From Mobula hypostoma (Eukaryota), in assembly GCF_963921235.1 (NCBI RefSeq), contig NC_086108.1, forward strand, positions 6,200,001 to 6,264,000: a stretch of DNA of 64,000 nt. Direction: 5' to 3'. A program made the position numbers and the translations under genes. Positions within the stretch are counted from its first letter, which is position 1; each line of letters opens with the position of its first letter. The notes beneath the pieces are model-generated. The model was given only the letters and a program-made list of their open reading frames with translations, searched no databases and had not been told where the DNA came from. Shown piece after piece: positions 27,901-40,200 of the stretch.

Positions 27901-28239
27901 AGCTTGTGTCCAGATGGCTAGCTACTTATGACTCCATGGCTCCCCTCTTTTGAGCCACAGCCATCTTGAGGCCCTCTCTGCCGCATCAGTGGTACTGCGG
28001 ATGGCTTTTCTCTTCCTCTCTCCCTCGATGCCCAAAATGCTGAAGGCTCTAACTAAAGAACGGGCAACGAACCCCCTACAACCAGCCTCCACTGGGAGAC
28101 ACCTTGCTCTCCATCCAGCCTGCTGACAGTTGCTGACCAGTCCTGCGTACTTGGAGAGCTTCCTTTCAAAGGCCTCTTCCAAGCTATCTTCCCTTGGGAC
28201 TGTCAGCTCCAGCAGCACCACTTGCTTAGTAGACTCAGA

Positions 28240-28284
<45 letters not shown>

Positions 28285-31200
28285 AAATGGAGTCAGTTAT
28301 GGGCTTACGTCCCATCTCCAGGCTTCTTGGCCTTGAAGCGCAAGCTTTGCTCGAAATATCACTGTACACCCTCAGAATGCGAAGTGCCAGGTGGCTCAAT
28401 AACACACCACCATAGTGTAGATCACAGGCTGCAACGGTAGAAGAATCACATTTGGAAGAAAAAGAAGAGGTAAAAGCATTAGGTTAGAGGTAAGAAATTA
28501 GCTTTGTCTATTATACATCCAAACGTATCGTGGCATTATTACTTTTGTCTTGAGTCCATCATTGCTGTTGGAGCAGAGATCCCTGACAGCATCTCGCCAA
28601 GTTCTCTGTCCTGGGCCAGTCTTTCAAGTAGTCCCCAGATGTAGCCCATCTTCTTCCTCTCCCAGGGATGAGGCCTTTGGAGTTTCTGTTGGCGTTTCTG
28701 TACCTCTGGGATTTTTACGGGATGGGGTTACTAGCACCATACCTAACCCTCCTCCTTTTGCAGCAGGCTTGAGACCATCCAAGGCAGAGTTGGTGTAATT
28801 ATAGTAGCATCATTATTAAATATCTGGTGCTGTTAGCATTTCTTCAAGTTCAAACGTCATTATATTCATAGTCATAGTCATACTTTATTGATCCCAGGGG
28901 AAATTGGTTTTCGTTACAGTTGCACCATAAATAATAAATAGTAATAGAACCATAAATAGTTAAATAGTAGTATGTAAATTATGCCAGTAAATTATGAAAT
29001 AAGTCCAGGACGAGCCTATTGGCTCAGGGTGTCTGACCCTCCAAGGGAGGAGTTGTAAAGTTTGAAGGCCACAGGCATTCAACCATACATGAATATCACC
29101 AAATGAAACCCCATTACTCAGGGGCCAAGGTGCAAAACACAGTAGTGACAGTCACACAAGGCAAAGCCACATGTAAAGTAGCAAGCACAGACAAGAACAA
29201 ACAAGAGAAAATCTGCAGATGCTGGAGATCGGTAAAATACAATCACACACAAAATATATGGTCCATGTCCCCGAGTTCATCAACATTACAGCAGTCTACT
29301 GGCAAACGTGATACCAGCTCGTCTTCTGCCAAGTGAACACTGGGCGGCAGCAATGCCAGTGTGACAGCAGCTTGGACACCATGCCACACTGCCTCCAATG
29401 AAGCACACCAACTCCGACACCTCTCTCACAGGTGACTGTAAACAGGCAACAACACAGTTTGAGGTCTAGTCCTCATTGAGTTTAACGATTAAGGATTAGG
29501 ACATGCTCTCTCCTCATTGCTGCCATCAGGAAGAAGGTACAAGAAACCTCAGGACTCGCGCCACCAGATTCAGGAATAGTTATTGCCCCTCGACCATCAG
29601 GCTCTTGAACCAAAGGGGTTAACCACTCAACTTCACTTGTCCCATCATTAAAATGTCCCCACAATCTAAGGATTCACTTTCAAGGACTCTTCATCTCATG
29701 TCTTGATATTTATTGCTTATTTATTTATTATTTTTATTTCTTCTTTTGCACTTGCACGTTTTGTTGTCCTCTGCACTTGGCTGAATGCCTTAGTACGGTG
29801 GTCTTTCATTGACTCTGTGACTACACTTTGGTAAGTCTGATCACCTGGCTGTACTTCTACTCCCTGAGTATACGCTAAGACTGAAGACTGTAGCACCAGA
29901 AGTGAGAACCAAGAAGGTATGGACCAGGGAGGCACAGGAGTGCTTACAGGACTGCTTCGAATCAGTAGACTGGACTGTGTTCAGAGTTACTTTTGAGCCT
30001 GAGTGAGTGTGCCACAGTTGTCACCGACTTCATTAAAACCCATGTAGATGAGTGTGTGCCTACAAAAACTTACTGTACATTCCCAAAACAAAAGCTGCGG
30101 ATGAACAAGGAGATTCAGGTTCAGATGACTGCTAAATCTGTGGCATTTAGGTCTGGCAATCCAGCTCTGTATTAGAAAACCAGGCATGATTTGCAGAGGG
30201 CTATTTCCAGAGCCAAGAAACAACTCCAGGAGATGTTCAAGGCGAAATCAGATCCATGTCAACTCTGTCAGGGTTTGCAGGCCGTTACTTCCGACAAAGC
30301 AAAACCCAGCATCATGTATGGCAGCGACGCGTCACTACCAGATGAGCTCAACACCTTTTATGTCTGCCTTGAAAGAGAGAATAAAACAACAGCTATGAAG
30401 ATCCCTGCAGCATCCGATGACTCTGCGACCTTGGTCTCAGAGGGTGACGTCAGGCTGTCTTTCAGGAAGGTGCAAAGCAGCAGGGCACTATGGACTACCT
30501 GGTAAGGCTCTGAAAATCAGTGCTAACCAACTGGTGGGAGTATTTAGTTACATTTTTAATCTCTCACTGCTACAGCCAGAAGTTTCCACCTGCTTCAAAA
30601 GGGCAACAATTATACCAGTGCCCAAGAAGGAATAGTGTGAGCTGCCTCAACGACTATCATGAAGTAGCATTCACATCTGTGAGAGTGGGTGGGAGGGTGG
30701 AAAAGCGGCTTGCATGTTGTGCTGTTCTGCCGAAGACTGCGGGCATGCGGTGCTGGGACCGGAGAGTTGGTGAAACCTGCAGGCTTCCCCAGCACATCCT
30801 TATGTTGTGTAGGTTTTTAACACAAATGACGCATTTCGCTGTATGTTTCAGTGTACAGGTGATAAACAAATGAATCTGAATCTTCGATGAGCATTTTCAC
30901 AGTCGGCAGGCTGAGACACGAGTGGACTTGTGCATTGTTAAAATACAGAAACATGGAAAACCTGCAGCACAGTACAGGCCCTTCAACCCACAATGCTGTA
31001 CCAAACATGTACTTACTTAGAAATTACCTAGGTTTACCCACAGCCCTCTATTTTTCTAAGCTCCATGTACTTATCCAGGAGTCTCTTAAAAGAACTTATT
31101 GTATCCACCTCCACCACTGTTGCCGGCTGCCCACTCCACGCACTCACCACTCCCTTTGTAAAAAGAAACTTACCCCTGACATCTCCTCTGTACCTACATC

Positions 31201-34200
31201 CAAGCACCTTTCAACCCTGGGAAAAAGCCTCTGACTATCCACATAATAGACAATAGGTGCAGGAGTAGGCCATTCGGCTCTTCGAGCCAGCACCACCATT
31301 CACTGTGATCATGGCTGATCATCCACAATCAGTATCCAGTTCCTGCCTTATCCCCATAACCTTTGATTCCGCTATCTTTAAGAGCTCTATCCATCTCTTT
31401 CTTGAAAGCATCCAGAGACTTGGCCTCCACAGCCTTCTGGGGCAGAGCATTCCATATATCCACCACTCTCTTGGCGAAAAAGTTTTTCCTCAACTCCGTT
31501 CTAAATGGCCTACCCCTTATTCTTAAACTGTGGCCTCTGGTTCTGGACTCATCCATCAGCGGGAACATGCTTCCTGCCTCCAGCGTGTCCAATCTCTTAA
31601 TAATCTTATATGTTTCAATACGATCCCCTCTCAGCCTTCTAAATTCCAGAGTATACAAGCCCAGTCGCTCCAATCTTTTGACATATGACAGTCCCGCCAT
31701 CCCGGGAATAACCTTGTGAACCTACGCTGCACTCCCTCAATAGCAAGAATGTCCATCCTCAAATTTGGAGACCAAAACTGCACACAGTGCTCCAGGTATG
31801 GTCTCACCACATGATCGATTACTCTCATCATCTTATACACCTCTGTCAGGTCACCTCTCATCTTCCATCGCTCCAAGGAGAAAAGGCCGAGCTCACTCAA
31901 CCTATTCTCATAAGACATGCTCCCCAATCCAGGCAACATCCTTGTAAATCTGTGCACCCTTTCTATAGTTTCCACATCCTTCCTGTAGTGAGGTGACCAG
32001 AACTGAGCACAGTACTCCAAGTGGGGCCGGACCAGGGTCCTATATAGCTGCAACATTACCTCTCAGCTCTTAAACTCAGTCCCATGGTTGATAAAGGCCA
32101 ATGTACTGTATGCCTTCTTAACCACAGAGTCAACTTGTGCAGCAGTTTTGAGTGTCCTATGGACTCAGACTACATGAGTCAACATGGTTAATAGCCATCC
32201 AGAATTAGATTAGATCTGAAGTCAAAACTACAAAAATATTGCATTACATTACAAAGTATATTGCAAAAACATTACATTGGTGAGACCCATTGTAGATTGG
32301 GGGACTGCTTCACCGAACAACTCCTCTCTATCTGCCAAAAGTGAAACTTCCTGATGGCCAGATATTTAAATTCCTGTTCATTCTGACACATTGGTTCATG
32401 GCAACATCTTGTGCCCAGAAGAGGCCATCTCAAGGTGGAGGAGCAACACCTGATGTCCTGTCTGGGTAGCCTCCAACCTGATGGCATGAACATCAATTTC
32501 TCCTTCCAGTAAGAAGTTTTCTCCCTCCCCCTCCACCCCTCCTCTCTTTTGTTCCCTACACTGGCCTCCTCACCTGCCCATTCCCCCCCCCACCGGCTCC
32601 CCTCTCCCTTCCCTTTTTTCTGTGGTTCACTTTCCTCTCCTATTAGATTCCTTCCTCTCCAGCCCTTTATCTTTCCCACCCACTGGGCTTCATCCATTAG
32701 CTTCCAGCTATCATCCTTCCCATCTCCCCACCTTCTCATTCTGGCAGCTCTCCCCTTCCCTTCCAGCCCTGAAGAAGGGTTTTGGCCCAAAAGTATCAAC
32801 TCTTTATTCATTTTCATAGATGCTGCCTGTTCTACTGAGTTCCCCCAGCATTTTGTGTGTGTTGTTTAAATATACATTTGTTAATATTAAATGCACTCCC
32901 TCTATCTTGCTGATAAATAATTAATGTTGATCCTGAATCTCTCAGTTTCACTTACACATTGACCTCCTGAGTCTCAGATAAAAATATGTTTGCTCTTAAC
33001 TTCAGTAACTCACAATCCACTGTAAAGAGACATACCTGTAACCAGGGGCTACTGAAACTGCGGGCAATTCCTGCAACCATCTCTATCAGCCAGAGAAATT
33101 GTTTATCTTCGTAATCAAATCGTCTTCCAAAGGTGATGGAACAGATGATGTTTGACGTTGCACCTCGCAGGAGAAAGTTTGGGTTGAAAGGTTCACCTGG
33201 TCGAGTTAAAGAGGCCATTTAGAAAATCACAGGGCATTAAAGTGAAATTTTGGGGCAGGTCTAAATGCTCTTTGGACGTTAAACACAAGAGATTCTGCAG
33301 ATCCTGGAAATCCAGAGCAACAGACACAAAATGCTGGAGGAGCTCAGCAGGTCAGGTAGCAGCTATGCAAATAAATAATCGGTTGACGTTTTGGGTCAAA
33401 AGCCCTTCATCAGGACTGGGAAGGAAGAGGGAAGAAGCCAGAATAAGGAGCTGGGGTGGGGGAGACAGGAGGGGAAGGAGGGCAAGCCAGAAGGTGATAG
33501 GCAAAACCAGCTGGGTGGGGTTGGGGGGGGGTGGTTGAAATAAGAACCAAGCACTGGCGAAGAAGTAATCTGTAAGGAGAGGAGTGGACCATAGGAGAAA
33601 GGGATGGAGGGGGCCACCAGGGAGAGGTGAGAGGCAGGTTGAAGGGAGAATAACCTTTGACACCTTCTTATTCTTGCGTCTCCCCCTTCCTTTCCAGTCC
33701 TGATGAGCAGTCTCAGCCAGAAACGCCGACTGTTTATTCCTCTCCACAGATGCTGCCTCATCCGCTGAGTTCCTCCAGCATTTTGTGTGTGGTGTTATAG
33801 ATATTTAATACATCGCTGTTCAAAAGAAATCAATTAGTTATTTGATACAGCTTTGGTGAGGCCTCATTTTGAGTATTGGGAGCAGTTTTGGGCCGCTTTC
33901 CTATGAAAGCATATGCAGACATTGGAGAGGATCCTATCGTACGAAAGCTGTTTACTGCCTCTGAAACTGTACCCATTGGGATTCAGAAGAACCGGGGTGA
34001 CCTCATTGAAACCTATGGAATGTTGAAAAGCCTCGAGAGAGTGGATGGGGAGAGGATGTTTCCTGTGGTGGGGAGTCGGGGCAAGAGTCTGGGACCAGAG
34101 GACACAACCTCAGAATTCAGGGGCATCTTGTTAGAACAGAGATGAGAAGGAATTTTTTTTTGCCAGAGGGTGGTGAGTCTGTGGAATTCGTTGCCACAGG

Positions 34201-37200
34201 CGGCTGTGGAGGCCAGGTAATTGGGTATATTTAAGACAAAGGTGGATAGATTCTTGATTAGTCAGGGCATGAAGGAGTACGGGGAGAAGGCAGGTTCTCT
34301 AATGCTGTAGTGACAAACCTTTCTTATCCCTGAAGCTTGTGACCAGAAACTGGGCTTCCTCCTGAATCCTCTCCTCAATGCTCTTTTTCCCCATTCCAAA
34401 ATTCCTCAAGGTGCTGAGAGTGAATCTCCGAAGCTGCTTCCATCTCTCGCCACTGCTGAAGTTAATTCCTGCAAGAGAGACCTCAGGTTAACGTCCCTTG
34501 GGACGAGGTTGTCTATATTCTGGTGATCAGTTTCTTAACCTACTTAACCAGTTTCCCGATTTATTCTTTACCCTTCTACACAACTGCCGAGATGTTCTAA
34601 GCTCCTCATCCCAGTGCTTGTTCTTCTAGGTAGGAATTGCTACTATAGAATTCCACAGTTAAATCAGCTGATGTTCCTGGTCACCAAACACAGTCCAAGG
34701 TTTCCCTGATTAGATATCACAAGACGAATAAAAAGGAACCGTAAAAGAATTGGAGAGGTTCACAAGAATTATCTCAGAAGTTAAAGGGTTAATGTACGAA
34801 GAGCATTTGATAACTCTAGCACTGTACTTGCTGGATGGACTCAGGAATTTTAGGGTTAATGTTTGAGGTGCATTTGATAACCCTGAGCCTGAACTTGTTG
34901 GAGTTTAGAAGAATGAAGCGGGGGGTGGTTCTCATTGAAACCAGGCCTAGAAGGGAAGTGGAGAAGATTTATCTATTTATTTATTGAAATACGATGCAGA
35001 ATAGGCCCTTCCAGCCACATCACCCAGCAATCCCCCGATTTAACCCTAGCCTAATCACAGGGCAATTTACAACGACCAATTAACCTACCAACTCAAGACC
35101 ATCTTTGGACTGTGTGATGAAACAGGAGCACCTGGGGAAAACGTACGCAGTCATGGGGAGAACATACAAACTCCTTACAGTTAGTGATGTGAGTTGAAGC
35201 CGGATCGCTGGTGCTATGAAGCATTGTGCTAACAACTACACTATCATGCCGCCCATGGTAATGACGTTGCCTACATTGGGGGAGTCTAGGTCCAGAGGTC
35301 ACAGCCTCAGAATGGAAGAACGTCCCTTAGAACAGAGATGATGAGCAATTTCTTTAGCCAGAGAGGGGCGAATCTGTGGAATTTGTTGCCACAGACAATT
35401 ATATATTTAAAGGTACCAGTCCAGGTAAAATGGAGCAGATTAGAAGATTTAACGTGTGGCTCAAATCATGGTGTAGGTTAGAGGGGCATAGGTTTAGACC
35501 ATAAGACCATAAGACAAAGGAGCAGAAGTCGGCTATTCGGCCCATCAAGTCTGCTCCACCATTTTATCATGAGCTGATCCATTCGCCCATTTAGTCCCAC
35601 TCCCCCGCCTTCTCACCATAACCTTTGATGCCCTGGCTACTCAGATACCTATCAATCTCTTCCTTAAATACACCCAATGATCCGCTGGGCAGTCTTCACC
35701 ACACGCTGGAGTGCTTTTTCTTTTAAGAGGCAACTAAAATTTATGATAACAATGGAGCAGTTGATATCATTTACTTCAACTTTCAGAAGGCTTTTGACAA
35801 GGTACTTGATGAGAGGTTAATAATCAAATTACAGGAAGTAGGAATTCAGGGTAAGGTGTGTGAATGAGTGCAGAAAAGGAGGAGTTGTGGTGAGAGGATC
35901 ATTTTCACACCTAGATGTTAAAAGTGGGGTTCAGCAGGGATCAGTTTTGGAGCTGCTACTGACTTAATTTGTATTAAAGATTTGGATAAGCACATAACAA
36001 ATAAACTAATAGAGTTTGCAGATAACATAAAATGAGGGAGATGGACTGATAACATTCAGGCAGCAGAATCAACACAGTTCGATCTGAACAAAATCCAGAT
36101 TTGGGCAGATAAATGGCAGATGAAATTTAATGTAAGTACATGTAAAATATTACATATAGGAAGTAGAAATATTAGATATAAATATACAGTGGGGGTTCTT
36201 GAGTTAGAAAGTGCACTGTTTGAGATCATGATGGTAGACTCATCATGATCTAGACAATGCACAGAAGCGATTAGGAAGGCTAAGAGACTGTTGGGTATAT
36301 AATGCGCTCAGTGGGGTTTGCGTCTAGAAATGTTCTCCTTAAGCTATATAATGTGTTTGTGAGGCCACACCTTGAGTGCTGCATACAGTCTTGGTCTCCC
36401 TAATTTGTGAGGGATGTAAAGCGACCGGAGATAGTTCAGAGAAGGACGATGAGACTCATTCCAGCTCTTCAGGGTATGAGCTCTTCAGAAAGATTGAAAG
36501 AATTAAATCTTTTTCGTCTCAGTAGACGTAGAATGAGAGGGGACATGACAGAAGTGTTCATTATCATTAAGATTATGAGTAAGGTGGACAGCAGTCCTGC
36601 TGCTACTTCAAAATTAACCATCAATGAGGACACAGGGTAACAGGTGGAGACTGGTTAAACGGAGATTTCAGACTAACATCAGGAAACATTTCTTTACACA
36701 GCGAGTTGTGGACACATGGAACAAACTACCTAGTAGTAGTTGAGAGTAGTACCTTAGAGACTTCCAAATTTAAACTCAGTGGTTATTTCAGCACAATATG
36801 TGAATAGGAATTTGGCAAGCTTTGTTGGGCCAAATGGCCTGTTATTGTCAAGAACTTTCTAAAGTTCTACAGCAGAGGTTAATACATTCTTGGTTAGTCA
36901 GGGCACCAAAGGTTATGGCGAGAAGGCAAGAGAATGTGGTTCAGAGGGATAATACATCTGTCATGATGGAATGACAAAGCAGACTCGATGGGCTGAACAG
37001 CCTGATTCTGCTCCTATGTCTTATAGTCTCATTGAAACCTACCGAATATCGAAAGGCCTAGACTGTGTTGACACGAAGAGGATGTTACCTATACTGGGAG
37101 AGTTTCGGATATGATACAGTTGCCTCATCAAATAGATGCCAGCTTGGTAGAATGTGTAACGTGATTTCTGGGTCACTGGAGGAAATGTTGTGAGTAAGGT

Positions 37201-40200
37201 TAAGGTCAATTTCATAACTGCCCGCAGTGTGACTCCTGCTCTGGACTGCTGTCACAAAACAACAAATTTCACAACGCTTGTCAGCGACATTAAACCCGAT
37301 CCTGATCCTGTTAGAATCGTTATTGGGAATGGAGATTGTATCAAGGGCTTAGTTGGTGACAGTTTGGTTTTGTAGAGTGATCCAACTTCACTGAATGAAG
37401 TGGAGCTGATTTCCTCAGCCTAGATTCCAGGATTATCCTAAGGTTATATAGGTTGGAAGCCCATCTTATCCGTGCTGACTCAACAAGTTGCCTAGCCAAG
37501 GAAGTGGGAATGAAAGGGTTAGGGGAGCATTTGATGGCTCTGGGCCTGTCCTCATTAGAATGAAGGGGGAATCTCATTGAAACCTGTCGAATATTGAAAG
37601 GCCAAGTCAGCGTGGATGTGGAGAGGATGTTTCCTATGGTTGGAGAGTCTAGAACCAGAGGATACAGCCTTAGAATAGATGGACGTAATTTAGAACAGAG
37701 ATGAGGAGGATTTTCTTTAGCCAGAGGGTGGTGAATCTGTGCAATTTACTGTCACTGGTGGCTGTGGAGACCAACTCCTTGGGTATATTTAAATCAGCCA
37801 TGATGGAATGGTGGAGCAGACTTGTTGAGCCAAATGGCCCAATTCTGCTCCCATGCCTTATAGTCTAATTATGGGACAGCACAGTAGCATAGTGGTTAGC
37901 ACAACACTTTAGAGTAGAGGCAACCCAGACTGGATTCCAGCCACCGCATGTAAGGAGTTTATACATTCTCTCCATGACTGTGTGGGTTTCCTACGGGTGC
38001 ACTAGTTTCCTTTCCAAGTCCAAAGACACAGAGTCCATGAATGCCACAGAAATCAGCAGAAACCACAATGGAGCTTCTCTTCTGCCAAATGAACACTGGG
38101 GGGCAGCACTGACCCAGCCTGGTAACCGCTCCAAACTGCCCCCCTCTCCCCCACCCAGCTCAACGCCTCTCCAGCCTGGTATAACCACTCCAAGCTGCCC
38201 CCTCCCTCTCCCCCACACCAGTTCAATGGCTCTCCAGCCTGGTAACTGCTCCAAACTGCCCCCCCCTTCCTCCCCCACCCCCAGCTCAACGCCTCTCCAG
38301 CCTGGTAGCCGCTCCAAACTGCCCCCCTCTCCCTCCACCCCCCACCCCCAGCTCAACGCCTCTCCAGCATGGTAACCACTCCAAACTGCCCCCCTCTCCT
38401 CCCCCCCCAACCATCTCAACACCTCTCCAGCCTGGTAACCGCTGCAAACTGCCCCCCTCTCCTCCACCCTCCACAGCTCAACGCCTCTCCAGCATGGTAA
38501 CTGCTTCAAACTGCCCCACTTCCCCCCCCCCACCTCTAACGCCTCTCTGCGAGCAGCTGTAAAGCAGGTAACACCGCAGTCTGAGGCCTAGTCCTCACTA
38601 TGACCGGGGCCAAGCAGCTGCTCGGCCGTCTGTCCCTGCCGTCTCCCAATAAATCAGTGAATTGGACTTGCAGCATTTCACATGAACAATGTCCAAAAGG
38701 GTCTTGTGATCACTGTACACCCCCTTCACTCACCAGCTCCTCCAAAGCCTCTCTGATGCAAGCAGCATCACAATCTGCAGCAAGTCCAGCTCCTTCAGTG
38801 TCTCCACCAACCAGCAAGTCACTGATGGGGCAGACCTGCAGCACTAATTTCTTAATGTCCAGCAGGATCTTGCAGTTATAAAAAATACATTTAAAATGGA
38901 CAGTAGTTGAAGATTTAACATTGTCACAGCTTCAACCAGCTAAAGCCTATTGCTGGCGAGGTGAGTGGTGTGAGGTTTATACTTTTGCTGAAGCAAGTGA
39001 GGGAAGGGGCTTTGAGGTTTTAATATTTTCCTGCCTTTTGTTCTTTGGGATTTTTTTCTGTTTTGTGGATGTCTGTGAAGAGAAAGAGTTTCAGGTTGTA
39101 TACTGTATACATTCTCTGATATTAAACTGAAACTTTGAACCACTAAAGTCACACACTGCCCTTACTTAAATACTGTAGAGCAGTACAGCATGTATACAGG
39201 CCATTTGGCCCAAACAGTCCATGCTGACCACATTGTCCACACAGATAGTCCCAATTTCTTGTGTTTGACCCATGTTCCCTGGCACCAAACTCCGTGTATC
39301 TATCCAAGTGTTTCTTAGATGATACTACTGTACCTGCCTCGACTATATCCACTGGGAACTCATTCCACACACTCTGCATGAAGAGGTTGCTCTTAGAACC
39401 TTTTTAAATTTCTCTCTCCTCTCCCTTCTCACCCTAAACCTTTAACCCACATTTTTTGGCTCCCCTAACCTGGAGAAAAGTATTTTACCATCCACTCTTT
39501 ATGCCTCTCACAATTTTGAACATTTTGTTTTCTGTTCCATAGGGTCTCCTCTCATTCTCCAGTGCTCCAAAGAATAAAACCTAGCCTGGTTACTCTCTCC
39601 CCCTACTCAAGCCCTCTAGTCCTGGACATATCCCATAACGATTCTCTACACTCTTTCCAGTTGAAACATGTCTTTGCAAGAACAAGGTGACCAAAACTAT
39701 ACACTGTCCTCCAAGTGTGGCCACACTAACAACTTATACATCTGTGATATAATATCTATTGTTTCAAATTTTGTAAAATACTGGATGAAAATCTAAACAG
39801 TTCGAAGTGACGCTTTAACTCTTTGTGAGCTCGCAGCATGTAAAGTGCCTGTACAAGTTAAACACTGTAGGTTTGTTAATGTCAAATTTTAGCTGATAGT
39901 GGCTGGATTCTTTCCTGGCCTCAGGCACCAACACATGAGAACAAGAGACCAAAGAGTTCATCTATCTCTGTGTGTCTCAAAGCTTGTGAAACTCTGATCA
40001 AAACCATGCTGATTTAGTGGCATGAGAATAAACAACTGAAGAGTTTGTCTATCTCTGTGCCTCTCTCTACACTTGTGGAACCTCTATTTATTGGGAGACC
40101 TTTCCCTCAGTTAGTGGGACTTCAGCTAGACCAAGGAAATTGCAATCGGGTGGTTTCACAAGTTCGAATTCGGATTCTCCCAACAACAGCGACAATCAAG

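Noticed and set aside
37974..38533. Repetitive 133-180 aa ORFs and a CRISPR-like repeat appearance
   Set aside because: Eukaryotic minisatellite; the inter-core segments are similar C-rich tracts rather than unique spacers, and there are no cas genes.
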